Below are positions 1 to 12,041 of a DNA stretch of 38,963 nt, piece by piece. The number at the start of each line of letters is the position of its first letter. Position 1 is the first letter of the stretch. Source of the DNA: Octopus bimaculoides (taxonomy: Eukaryota). A program made the position numbers and the translations under genes. The notes under the pieces were generated by a model. That model was not told the DNA's origin, did not search any database, and saw only the letters and a list, made by a program, of their open reading frames with translations. The DNA lies in contig NC_068983.1 of NCBI RefSeq assembly GCF_001194135.2, positions 67,666,320 to 67,705,282 on the forward strand, in the 5' to 3' direction.

Positions 1-380
1 AACTTTTTTAGTTACCACCTCAGTAGTAAGATCAGGCTGGAGAGAAAGTACCTGTCACGGGATATGTTTAAGAAAAGATGGAAGTCTGTGGAACGCAAGC
101 TGAGTGAGAGTGGCACCAAATAAGTGAGGTCAATCAGGGAAGCAAAGGTTCTACCAGGATGGTCGGGTGCCTTCCTTCTAGCTGCCTCATTGCGAAGCGC
201 AATGATTTCTTGTGTAATATTTTAAAATTAATTTTTAAATCAATTTTTAATCATATTTTAATTTATTCGTTACTTGTAAAATTAAAAAAAAACGTTTAAG
301 CTTCTTCCCCCTTATGTTTGTCTGTCCTTGTTTGTCTCCTCTTTGTAACGTCTCCAATGGCGAATTTATATGAAATAAAG
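1..380 (+). mobile_element. 3' end of a Tx1/L1-clade LINE (last ORF2 codons plus 3' UTR), truncated by the window edge
   Basis: 1-123 (ttagttaccacctcagtagtaagatcaggctggagagaaag...ggcaccaaataa) aligns with the ORF2 end of the downstream element at ~4060-4175. The start of the UTR is also shared (gttctacc..gatgg..gg.tgcct). It ends near AATAAA at ~374. Confidence 0.8.
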
Positions 381-764
381 AAGCTTGCTTCCGGTTTTAG
401 ACTACGGTCATTGTTTGTGCTTTGTGCTGAAATTATCGTTGGATTTACCGTTGGATTATATTGTTACTACTGCTGGTATTGTTGAACTTGTCACTATTAT
501 TTTTTGAACTGTTCTGTTTCTCGGTTACGGGAAATAGAAATTGTAACATATTTTCCGTGGCTGTTGTGGCATTGAATATATTTTTCTGTTAAAAAATTGA
601 ACTGTTTTAAAGTCTGTGCAGAATTATTTGTGTCTTTAAACTGTTTTGGAACTGTTTTAAACTGTATCGTACTGTTTTTGAACTGTTGACCTCTTCTGGA
701 GAAGAATTTAAATTATTTTATTATTGTGTTTTCTCTGTTCTTTGGTTATTAATTTCGACCGAGT

Positions 765-1280
765 ATGTCGGTCGAAATTATCAGAGAAAAATGTACTCTC
801 GAAGAGAGTAATGTTGATGTTGTCAGTAGTGCTAACATTGTGAAGAAATTTTCGGCGGTTGCCACAGTGGCAACAGAAAATATTGATATCCCTGTAGGAA
901 TGCTACAGGAATATTTCAAAAGAATGAAAGAGGAGGACGGTGATGTGAAAATATCACCCTCCTCCAACACTGTGGATACGAAGAGAAAAACATTTTTTGT
1001 TTAAAACCTACTGTACAGAAAACAAGCGCTTCAAGCACTTTGAAAAAGACAAAATTGAAAAAATGTCTTGCCCCAATATGGAAAGACATAACTTACATTG
1101 CAAGGGGCAAGACAAATGACACCGTGGAGGTGCATTTTGACACAGAGGAGATGACCCGCGGGTACTCTATGAGCCCCCTGAAAACTAAAGAAGTGGTGCT
1201 TCTGCCAACCTACATGGAGAGACGTACTTCTCGTGTAAATGTGTCAGAAGTGCCACCAGAAGTGGATCCGGGGGAGAGAA
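765..1280 (+). pseudogene. LINE ORF1 N-terminal fragment (frameshifted between ORFs 765-1004 and 1040-)
   Basis: IWKDITYIARGKTNDTVEVHFDTEE...LPTYMERRTSRVNVSEVPPEV is homologous to a second ORF1 remnant at 21834-22335. It lies upstream of ORF2 sequence. Confidence 0.6.
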
Positions 1281-4175
1281 CTAGAGATAAGGCTAGTTTT
1301 AGTTGTCCACAACTTGTTCAAGTATCTTACACTGACCATAGAATGGTTCAGTGTAGGCTGAACATAGATAGTACAGTTAAGCGAGGATTTGGCTACTGGA
1401 AATTGAACAAGTCTATTTTGAATTGCGAGGCATACCGTAGCCGGATTAAGGAACTAGCACAGAGGGCGTTAACCGGCGCCGTGGTTAATAACCGGCGAGG
1501 ATCTGGCTACTGGAAGCTGAACAAGTCAATTTTGACTTGTGAGGCATACCGTAGCCGGATTAAGGAACTAGGGCAGAGGGCGTTAACCGGTGCCGTGGTT
1601 AATAACCGTTGGTGGTTCGCCCTCAAGAGAGCCATTCGCTTTGAATCTATTATGTTTAGTCATCAGCTAAGACTGGATAAGGCCAGAATAGAAGGGCAAT
1701 TAGTTAAGGACTTAGAGGAGGCGTTGAGGTTGGGCTCTGCATCTCACATTTTGGCAGCGAGAACGGCCTTAGACCGTCACCTCAAAGCCAAACACGAGGG
1801 GTGCAGAGTTCGGGCTAAAGTGCGAGCATTGGGCCATGATAGAATTAATGTTGCCGGATAGGTCCGTACGGTAGAAACCCAGCGTGGCAATGATGCCACA
1901 ATTAGGTCTCTGGTTGATGACAATGGGTGTTCGGACGATGGACGGGACGAAATGTGTGAGGCACTTTACAAGCACTTTGCCGAGTTGTTCGGGAGGAGCG
2001 GGACGCTGGATCATGGTGAGGCCCTTAAGGACTTCCTGACAGGCGGCCCGCGTCTCTCGGCACGAGAGACTGAGCGTTGTGAAGGGCCAGTCACAGCCGA
2101 CGAGATGTTCGAGGTGCTGGGCGAATGCCCCAGCGAGAAATCGCCGGGTCTCGATGGTCTACCTTATGAATTCTATAAAAGCATGCCAGACTTGTTCGGA
2201 CACCTGCTGGCCAGCGTTTACGCTAACTGGGAACAGAATGGGAGAATTCCCAAGTCTGCAAGCCGGGGGTAGTGGTGACGTTGATCAGAAAGGAACCGAG
2301 CAAGGGGGACTAGATAAGTAATTTTAGGCCCATAACTGCTAAACACAGAGTTAAGGATTTTGGCCAAGGTGCTAGCGAAAAGGTTGGCGCGGGTCGTGGA
2401 CAGACTTGTTGGCGGGGAGCAAACTTGCGCCTTCCCGGACAGGTCGATCCACGATAATCTCCACCTTATACGCTTCTCCTTAGAGAGAGTAGGGAAACTT
2501 TCAGGCGCAGGGAGAGGGCACTCGTACATTTAGACCCGTCTAAAGCATTTGATAGGGTCGACTATCGGTACTTGGCGGCGGTCCTTGAGAAGGCTGGCTT
2601 GGGTCCGATCTTCCGCGGTTGAATTGCTGCTTTGCACAGTGACATCGAGTCTGTCGTCAAAGTGAATGGTTCCTTTCGAAGCCNNNNNNNNNNNNNNNNN
2701 NNNNNNNNNNNNNNNNNCCCTGTCTCCGCTTTTGTATGTGTTTGCTCTTGAGCCATTTATGCGGAAGTTGAAGGCACTAGGGGGCGCGCCGAATTATCTG
2801 TGCTGTGGAAGAAGAGCTACGGCGTATGCGGATGGCATCTCCATCATCGTGGCGGATGAGGGCCAGCTTCTACTGGTGGAAGAGGCTAGCAAAAGTTACG
2901 AGGTGGTGGCAGGAGCAAAGGTTAACAAGGACAAGTCGGTCGGTTTGCAACTTGGCACGTGAAGGGTCAAGCCGATGGTGTCCAATAATGCCGTGGGGCG
3001 TTGGATGGAAGGACCTGTTAAGCTGCTTGGGGTCTGGTTTGGTCCAGACCTCCAGATAGAGAAAAACTGGACTGAGGTAACCAGTAAGGTGAGTGCTATA
3101 ACCCAGACCTGGTCTGGGCGGGTGCTATTCCTGCTAGGAAAGGCGGAGGTGGGGCAGATGTTTATAGCATCAGTTATCAGCTACCGTCTGACCGTGGTGC
3201 CTTGCCCCGATTTCTGACTGAACAAGTTGAGAGAATCCTTTTCCGCTTTTTGTGGAAGGGAGGAAAACCGCTTGTGAAGCGCTCTGTCTGCTGCCAGAAA
3301 CCGCTAAAGGGTGGGCTAGGGATACCTTGGCTGAGGACGCGAAAACTCGCGTTAAGGTTGAGGTACCTCTGGCTTTACCTGGATGGAGAGCAGGTGTGGT
3401 CACCTCACATCCGGTTCTACCTTCCGCGGTTAACGTCCTTAACGGACATTGGTACATGTATCAAGCAGAGACCTGGGTTGGGGGACTGGAAATTGGAGTG
3501 TCGCCAGGCGCTTCAGCTACTCTTTTGGGTGGGCAACGCTAGCAACAGGAGTTCCATCGCGGAATTCTTTAGCGAGTAGTGGGATCTATGTCAGAAGACG
3601 CCTTGGGGAAGTCCCTGGGCTACGATGAAAATCAGTTGATCAGCCTGTTCAGAAGAACGTTCGGACCGAGGTATCTGGATAATAACCAGAAATCCTTGGC
3701 TTGGCAGTGCTTCCGTGCGGCACTACCGTTTCAGGATAAGCTGTCAAGGCACGGTAGTGCCATCTCGCCGACATGCCTGAGATGCGGGCAGGACATGGAA
3801 ACCGTCTTGAACGCATTCGTGGAGTGTTCGGAGTTATCGGGAATGATAGCTTTTGTCGAACAACTGATGTCAGTAATAGGAAGAGTACAGCTATCAGCGG
3901 AGTCCATCATCGAGATTGTACCACCTCCTTTACTTAACAGGGAAAGGAGGGCTTGTTTCTTCTGCTTAGTATCCATACTGAAAGAAACAGTATGGAAGAC
4001 GCGTGTAAGAGGAATAGTGACAGGTACCTTTGTCTCCGGCCAGGGGCTGATGAAGTTTTTTAGTTACCACCTCATAAGTAAGATCAGACTGGAGAAAAGG
4101 TGCCTGTCGCTGAGTACATTCGTGAAAAGATGGAAGACTGTGGCAAGCAAGTTGAGAGTGATCGGCACCAGGTAA
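1281..4175 (+). pseudogene. Tx1-like ORF2 pseudogene (endonuclease C-terminus, reverse transcriptase, C-terminal zinc-binding region)
   Basis: KSPGLDGLPYEFYK (~2140); NFRPIT-LNTELRILAKVLAKRL; HLDPSKAFDRVDY; LSPLLYVFALEP; AYADG (YADD-like, ~2825); GGLGIP; WQCFRAALP...CLRCGQDMETVLNAFVEC. Split over several frames. Confidence 0.9.
1381..1608 (+). repeat. In-frame 114-bp (38-codon) tandem duplication
   Basis: Copies at 1381-1494 and 1495-1608 differ at 9 of 114 positions (RGFGYWKLNKSIL... vs RGSGYWKLNKSIL...). Confidence 0.95.
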
Positions 4176-4404
4176 CTGGAGTCAGTGGTAACAAGTGAAA
4201 GTTCTACCTAGATGGCTGGATGCCTATACTTTTGTCGCGAATTATTGTATATTGCAATAATAATTATATTCTATTATATTTTTAATTGCATTATAATTAT
4301 GTCATTTTCTGCTATCATCATTCATTCGGACATCAACTTTTAATTAAAGCAGCTTCTTCACGTGTACATGTGCATGTATATGTGTATATGTTTATGTGTG
4401 TATG

Positions 4405-4848
4405 NNNNNNNNNNNNNNNNNNNNNNNNNNNNNNNNNNNNNNNNNNNNNNNNNNNNNNNNNNNNNNNNNNNNNNNNNNNNNNNNNNNNNNNNNNNNNNNN
4501 NNNNNNNNNNNNNNNNNNNNNNNNNNNNNNNNNNNNNNNNNNNNNNNNNNNNNNNNNNNNNNNNNNNNNNNNNNNNNNNNNNNNNNNNNNNNNNNNNNNN
4601 NNNNNNNNNNNNNNNNNNNNNNNNNNNNNNNNNNNNNNNNNNNNNNNNNNNNNNNNNNNNNNNNNNNNNNNNNNNNNNNNNNNNNNNNNNNNNNNNNNNN
4701 NNNNNNNNNNNNNNNNNNNNNNNNNNNNNNNNNNNNNNNNNNNNNNNNNNNNNNNNNNNNNNNNNNNNNNNNNNNNNNNNNNNNNNNNNNNNNNNNNNNN
4801 NNNNNNNNNNNNNNNNNNNNNNNNNNNNNNNNNNNNNNNNNNNNNNNN
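4405..4848. other. Assembly gap (N run)
   Basis: Run of N. Other gaps: 2684-2717, ~11866-11874, 15978-15987, 18205-18806, 24087-24870, 29166-29377, 35681-35984, 36973-37093. Most are flanked by microsatellites or TE sequence. Confidence 1.
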
Positions 4849-4990
4849 ATATTACATAGAAGAATAAGAGGAATGACCAGCAAATGTGGATTCCTGAATG
4901 CTAGAAATAGATGCCGAATCATCCAACCACGAAAAAGTATGTTCTCAGTAGAAAAATCAGCGACACAACACACTGTAAATGATAATAAAT

Positions 4991-5105
4991 TTATATATAT
5001 ATATATATAGAGAGAGAGGGGGGGATAGAGAGAGGGAGAGAGAGAAGGAGAGAGAGAAGGAGAGAGAGAAGGAGAGAGAGAGAGAGAGAGGGAGAGAGAG
5101 GGAGT

Positions 5106-5153
<48 letters not shown>

Positions 5154-5154
5154 T
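4991..5154. repeat. Compound microsatellite (TA)n/(GA)n/(GATA)n
   Basis: Directly visible. Confidence 0.95.
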
Positions 5155-7214
5155 GACAAATAGATGAGGTCTGGCTTGCATTACTCCCTACCCTCGACAA
5201 CTTATAAGAAGCAAGGTCTAAGTCAGTAGGTCTAAGTCAGTAATGTTCTACCTCCATGATTTTAGTGTATAAATAACTGAAGTGTTTTATGACTCTTATA
5301 TTACCTATTACTATAGCATGCTGAAGTCATGCCAGAGAAGAAAAACACACATGGGACAAGAAATTGTTACTTTTTACATTGCTGCCACCCTAGGAAATGA
5401 TACAATATGAAGGTATTTCATTACTTTTAGATGGACTGTACCATATACACCTGAATATTTTGCACGAGGACATAGAGGAGTACACGTGAAAGGAAAACAG
5501 AACTATTGGTAAAAGTTTTTGATGGATTGTTCTCCTTATCATTTCTCTCTTTTCGAAAAGTTTAGATAAGGCGAGACAACTTCAGGGAATTGGACACGTA
5601 AATCAATAATGAAGATTCGAACGCCAGTATGAAGCTACAGCAAGCAGATAACACTGTTGTTCTGCATGTCACAGCGGCATCCCTAAGACTTTATCAAGAA
5701 TTGAAGATTCCAACAAACAAGCAATAGCTTATCGATACAAATGTAGATATATAATCACTAATGAATTAAAGCTTTCAAACATCGAAACTACAATGACTGC
5801 GTGAAAACGAATATCAAAAACATTGCTAGAGTTGTACGAATACTGAGCAAGGGAACTTTTTCGCAACTAGAAATATCAGTCAGAATACCTCAAATTACAC
5901 CCTATTGTCTTATAGAAGTAATGATATACTGAACAATATCTTAGATATACAAAGCACGAAAAGGCTACGATTAAACGGCCTTCCATCCAAGATCTGTTCA
6001 GTCAGAGTTCATCTGTACCTAGTAGCAGCAACAATAACAAACTAACGTCGAACTGCTTAACAATTAATATACGAATGAGAAACTGAAAGTCTAAGGGCAA
6101 TAAGTAAACCAACACTGTCTTTCTGAACAAAAGATAGCAAAAACCATAAAACAAAAATTTAGCAAATATGATTAAATGCTGAATGACAGCTTCTAAGAAT
6201 GGTGATTACATATTTCAACAAATCAAACAGTCATACCGCACTGAATTTGACTGTTTTTGAAAAGAAGGATAAATCTTAAAATCTAATATTATAGGCATAT
6301 AATTACGTCTCTCTAAACTCCTGTTGAATCGGTCAGCGGTAGATCTTAAGAATTAAATACTGCACGTATAGAACAGGGCAAGAGAACCCCCATGTAAGTC
6401 ACACTCTTTTGCAGTCAGTTTATAAGCGATGGTGTTTGAATGACTTTCATAATAAATCATGACACTTTGATTTTAATAGAACAACACTAGCAACAGTTAT
6501 AATAACAATATTAATAGTGTTGATACCCAGTAACAGCAAACAATAGCAACTGCACAAGCTGGAACAACAACAGGCCTACAATTTAAGTTCAGTGAACTAT
6601 TAAATTTCAGTAACTTCAGCATTGATCTACTTTCGTATTAGAACAAAGGGTCTACATGTTAGAAAAAGTTGAAAATAAGGAGTTTATTATGCTCTTGCAT
6701 TTCGCTGGAATATAGATTATGTAACAGTAACGTGAACACGCCAAAAGATATCCTTGTGTTCTACAGAGAGAGTCACAATCCCGTTTACTTAAATGTTATT
6801 TTCATGATGGGCACTATATAGTGGGCAGCAAAGATAAAAAGATTGAACCTTACAATTTTTAGTCATGCTCTATGCCGTGTGAAGTGCAACTGTTGTCCAC
6901 TTTCTGTTTTATACGAAACTAATTTGGCCGAAAATCTTACACGAGTTAATATGAATTCTTTTGAAAACTTTGCCATGAAAAAGACCCAACTACAAAATAT
7001 TTAACTGATTGATTTTTTTTACCATCTTCCTTCCTCTTTCTCTCTTTCGTTTTATTATATTTTAGATATTATAATACCAGATAATATACAACCAATTCAA
7101 GCAGACGATGCATTTATATTGTTTCACCAAGAAAAATCTAGCAGACGATACACAAGTTATAAATACTTCGTCATTGCTATTATTTTTGTCTCAGTTATTA
7201 TTCTCCCCAATTTC

Positions 7215-7291
7215 TCGCTCTCTCCCTCTCTCTCTCAATATCTCTCTCTGTCCTTTACTCTCTCTTCTTCTCTTTCTCTCTCTCCCATTCT

Positions 7292-7322
<31 letters not shown>

Positions 7323-7340
7323 TACACACATACACACACT
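7215..7340. repeat. (CT)n/(CA)n microsatellite
   Basis: Directly visible. Confidence 0.9.
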
Positions 7341-8468
7341 TTCTCACTTTTATTTTGTTTAATTCTTAATGGCGCAATCTAATACAATGTTCTTACTTCC
7401 TATTATTCCTTTTCACGTCTTTGTTAGTTTCATTTTTTTTCCTTTTCTACTTCGGTGAGGTGTTTTAGCAGTGTTTGTTTCTTTTTGTTAATGAATTCCT
7501 CAACGTAAATATATCGATTGAAGCGAAGCATCATTCTTTTAAGGAGACTGAATGTCTGAAAAGAACTTATTACTTCAGAAATCGCTCTATTTTTCCTGTT
7601 AGTTATGTGAATGTTTTGTGAGTCATCCTTGCTTGTTTTATTGGTTTGTCTGTTTGGTGGTAGAAATGGTAATGATGGTGGCATGGAAGATGAGGTGATG
7701 GGGATGATGTTGATGAAGGTGACGTCGATAGTTATGGGGATAAAGAAAAACTGTGGTGTCATGGTGGTGAAGCTGTCGGTGATGATTGTGTGATGGTGAT
7801 AATGGTAGTGACTATTTGTCTTGATGTATAAAATATGTCAGTGGTAATCATGAAGATGATGATGTTTCCTTGCTGCATCATGAATGTGACATGGTGGTGT
7901 TTAGTAGTGGTAGGAATTTGACTTTTAGTGTGGTCATTATGGTATTGGTAGTATCTTTCCTTAGATAATGGCGGTGGCTGTTTTGTCATTAGTGGGGATG
8001 GTGAGAACCTAAGTATAGTTTCTGTAGATGTACTATTTTTGCCATGGAGGTAGTTGTGATGATGGTAGTGGGGTGGTTGGTAGTGGTGATGGAGGTGGTA
8101 GTGGTAGTGGTGGTGGTAGCAGTAGTGGTGGTGGTGGTAGTAGTTGTGCACCTTTGGTGTGTTGCTGATAGTGATTATAATAGACGATTTAGGGCGTCTT
8201 TGTGAGGCGGGAGTGATATCTTTAATGCAGATGATACAGGTGTGTCTTTTGAGTGATGCTTGAAGTAGTTGTATTTCCTTGGTGTTGTTGTTATCTAGTC
8301 CTAATATAGGAAGCCTAGTCAACTACTTCCTGAGTACAGTGCACCGGAGCCCGCATCATTTAATGTTGCGTAATGGAACCATATGATTTGAGGAAGATTT
8401 GACGCCTTTTTCTAATAGGCTGAATGACCACCTATAGGATCTCTCACTAGTTGGACAAATACTATGTT

Positions 8469-8617
<149 letters not shown>

Positions 8618-9047
8618 TCTTTATTGTGGCTACGAAAATTAGGATTTGTCTTTGGTTTGGTGAAGTTAATATCATGTAGGTTGTTAGTAGCGATGGTGGT
8701 TGGTTGTAAGTTACTTTGGAGGTGGTGGTGATGATGATGGTAATCTTGATCGTGGTTTCCAAACCAGTGATGGTAGTTCTAGTTGTATCAGTAGTAGGGG
8801 GCAGGGGGTGATGGAGAAAGTGAAGTTGGACGTGCGGTGTTGGTGGTGAAGATACTGGTGGGGACATTTGCGGTGACGGATGGTGGGGTTCTAGTGAAGG
8901 TGGTGATTATGGTTTTGGTGGTTATCCAAGGTTTATTGACGTTGATGTTAGTTTCATTTGTCAGATCTTGAGCCAGTGGTGGCTCCTAATTTATTTCGTT
9001 GTTGTGGCTGAAGTGCATGTGACTGTGACAGTTGTAATAATGTTTTA

Positions 9048-9095
9048 TCTATATATGTGTGTGTGCGCACGCGCGGACATGTAGCATGTACGTGA

Positions 9096-9158
<63 letters not shown>

Positions 9159-9231
9159 TACATATACATTATAGATAGATAGATAGATAGATAGATAGAT
9201 GATGTATATACGTAAATGTATATACATAAAT

Positions 9232-9298
<67 letters not shown>
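9048..9298. repeat. Compound (TA)n/(GATA)n/(CA)n microsatellite, insertion site of the mariner-like element
   Basis: Directly visible. It abuts the left TIR at 9299. Confidence 0.95.
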
Positions 9299-9301
<3 letters not shown>

Positions 9302-10539
9302 GGTGCGTAAGATATTTGAGGAAAGATATATGTTTATAAAGCAACAGATATATAATAACATAACTTTATTTGTCAAAAAATTATATGAGGATAAAAATAA
9401 ATCTTTTTTATAATGTTATACAATAAAGCCACCTTCAGCTTCAACAGCTGCTTCTATATGAGATATAAATCATCTACATGATCGAATCAAGTGGTCCTCG
9501 TTCATTTTGGATATTACTCTTACTATGGCAGCTTTCAAAGAATCTTTGGTGTTATGGGTGTGTTTATTGACCTCTCTCTCAACAACGCTCCACATGTAAT
9601 AGTCCAATGGATTGAGATCTGGGGAATTAGAAGACCAAATGTTAGAAGTTAAGTGATCATGAACATTTTCAGCCATCCATTCCTGTGATACTAGAGCCAT
9701 GTGTGATAGTGCAGAGTATTACTGAAACAAATATGTCCTTCCAATGCATGCACTATCTATCCAGGGCTTAACAATTATTTCCAGGACCTCAATGTAGACG
9801 GCAGAGTTAACTTTAAGGCTTTGTGGAAAGAAGTAAGGAGGCATCACATGTCCTTCATTGCTGAAAACCTCTAAAACAATTGCAAGAAATTGTGTATGCG
9901 TAACACCTGGAACTTCAGAAGAGTCTGCACATAACCATCTGTCATTTCTTCTGTTAACTTTTTGATCTTGGTTGAAGTTTTTCTCGTTTGAGAAAAACCG
10001 AATCAAATCTTCTTCTGCTGGATATTTCAGTTTGTTTAAGAGCCTTTTAGATCTGATGTAGTAATTTTCTTTTGCCTTTTCTGACAAATTGACCTTTTCT
10101 CATCTTACATCTGATGTCTTCGTGGACATCATTTCTGACCGTTCCTTCTGACACAAGGAGACCTTTTGCAATTGACCTCATGGACTTTCTGGGATTGTAA
10201 TCAATGATATGTTGAACTTGCTGGATAGATTCAGGTGTTCTAATGACTTCTGAGTGTTTAGAAAGCTTTTTATGCTCTGATACCGGTGATACGTTTCCAT
10301 CTTCAGTCTCTAGCTCCTTACAAACTTTGTAGATGAAAGATCTGGCAACTTTTAAAATTCGAGATATTTCTAAATCGCTATGCTTAGCCTTTATAACTAC
10401 GATGACAGCATGCCTCTTCATTTCTTGAGTAAGCTGAGGGTCTGCCATTATTACTTACTGAAACAAAGATTATACAGAGTTAGCAAAACATGCAGCAATG
10501 ACCCAAAAAGGAATGTCCTCAAATAACTTACGCACCCTG
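9299..10539 (-). mobile_element. Full-length Tc1/mariner-superfamily DNA transposon, DD37D (maT/Bmmar1-type), dead
   Basis: 24-bp TIRs: CAGGGTGCGTAAGATATTTGAGGA (9299-9322) and the reverse complement of 10516-10539, with 1 mismatch. TA flanks on both sides. Length 1241 bp, with an internal transposase. Confidence 0.93.
9416..10448 (-). pseudogene. DD37D transposase pseudogene
   Basis: ORFs 10047-10448, 9719-10087 and 9470-9700 join with one frameshift and stops. FSNEKNF (FSDEK-like); FQ*YSALSH (QQDSAPSH-like); 37 residues to the D of SPDLNPLDYYMW; C-terminal EAEGGFIV*. Confidence 0.9.
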
Positions 10540-11219
10540 TATATATATATATATATATGGAAAAGTTTATATCTTCCTCTGCGGGATACGAACGTTGCAT
10601 CAGCTGTAAACCGTATTAGGTGGGCTAAACACCACACACACGCACACACACAAGGTGTTCATAAAACCACTGAAATTTCGAAACACCAGCAGCCATACTA
10701 AATGAAAATACGCTAAATCTAGTGCTGAAGTATTGTATTCATTAACTTGTTAAGAAGGGTTGTTGTTTTTCTAAGAAACTAAGAAAAAGTTCTAAAATGT
10801 TTGGAGCGGTCGTTATTTTTAGAATATGAGGTAATACACTACAAACTTTTTGTCATAACTGTTGCTATGTTTCTGTTTGTTAATATCATACGAATCATGT
10901 TCGTAAATTTTTGGATGAGTTGTTATTTTTAGAATATGATGCGATGTACTATAAACTTTCGTCATAGGTGTTGGTATATAAAGAAAGTTTTATTTTAGTA
11001 CTTTTCAGATGTAACCACTTACTCTTGGACATATAACATAACCACATTCTAAGTATAAGAAAACCACCAAAATTCATTTATTTTTTTTTCTAAAATCCGT
11101 CACCAAAAGACATACAAAAAAAGAGACGTTAACGCAAAAATTAAGATACACCCATTCTATAAAGCTATGAACTGTATTCCTTCCTTCTTTTGAAAGCAAT
11201 AGAGAAAATCCTAACACAG

Positions 11220-11660
11220 AGCGCCTCGAGCCCCGAAGAAATCACAAACGTATATTTATAATTTGTACCTGAAGGAATTATTGCACTCACTAACATTTTA
11301 ATCTATTCATTCTAATACCATCAGATCACTAGAATTTCAGAAACAGGGCAATTTCCAAGTGAAACGACATCACACAAATATAATAACCTTTCATGAACAC
11401 CATACAAAGACCCTTCAAATACCTTTGTTTAATGTTACCAACACACTCATTCACCTTCCTATCTAACAACGTGGATGTAGTCGACTACATTCACACGCTA
11501 TCTCATTTGATTCAATGAAGAAATCTCTGGATGTTTTGAGACTGAACTGGAGCTACATAAACTGCACTACTGGCAAAAATTACACAAACAATTCATGGTG
11601 ACTTTAATACACCTCTGTTGAAACTACTATGATCAACATTTTAAATTCATTTCCCGCTAG
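11220..11660 (+). mobile_element. Possible highly decayed Penelope-like RT remnant (may continue at ~12690-12860)
   Basis: Faint resemblance only: YHQITRISETG (YxQxxGxAMG-like), a W..STTF stretch where RYIDDIF is expected, and HFKF. Many stops. Confidence 0.3.
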
Positions 11661-11814
11661 GCACGTATGAACGGAATATTCAGCCCCTTCTTAACAAATA
11701 ACAAAATGTCTGTTGACGAGCTCGTACCTCGCAGATTATTAACCCTACGTAGAGCAAAATAGCAAATTTACAACTTACGATCCCCGAACAACGTATCACA
11801 AGCATTTGATTGTT

Positions 11815-11864
<50 letters not shown>

Positions 11865-11874
11865 NNNNNNNNNN

Positions 11875-11918
<44 letters not shown>
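11815..11918. repeat. (CT)n microsatellite with small gap
   Basis: Directly visible. Confidence 0.95.
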
Positions 11919-11920
<2 letters not shown>

Positions 11921-12041
11921 ACATACGCGCGCGCGCAGGAACTAGGCAAAAGTAAACACAGCCTCTCACGGAGATGAAAATAGTGTCATGACTGTCTACC
12001 TTATCTTCAGTTCAACGATTACTCCAAGTATGTATCTAGGC

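Larger units (their letters stand above)
385..4260 (+). mobile_element. Tx1/L1-clade non-LTR retrotransposon, internally deleted and non-functional
   Basis: T-rich 5' leader, an ORF1 N-terminal piece, the end of the APE endonuclease (YTDHRMV...GFGYWKLNKSIL), RT motifs and a C-terminal Cys motif. Many stops and frameshifts. Boundaries are approximate and no TSD was identified. Confidence 0.88.

Noticed and set aside
1381-1608. Direct repeats here and at 38559-38664 considered as CRISPR-like arrays
   Set aside because: Only two adjacent copies with no spacers, in a eukaryotic context with no cas genes.
4286-5200. Long ORFs of 165-255 aa (also 18111-18969, 24006-25020, 29125-29503, 35585-36058, 36724-37163)
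   Set aside because: They are open only because N runs and microsatellites contain no stop codons.
6342-6398. Possible exon ILRIKYCTYRTGQENPH ending at GTAAGT
   Set aside because: No polypyrimidine tract. Chance GTAAGT hexamers are expected in a window of this size and composition.
5300-7100. AT-rich stretch with faint RT- or nuclease-like fragments
   Set aside because: No motif could be read consistently in any frame, so it is left unannotated.
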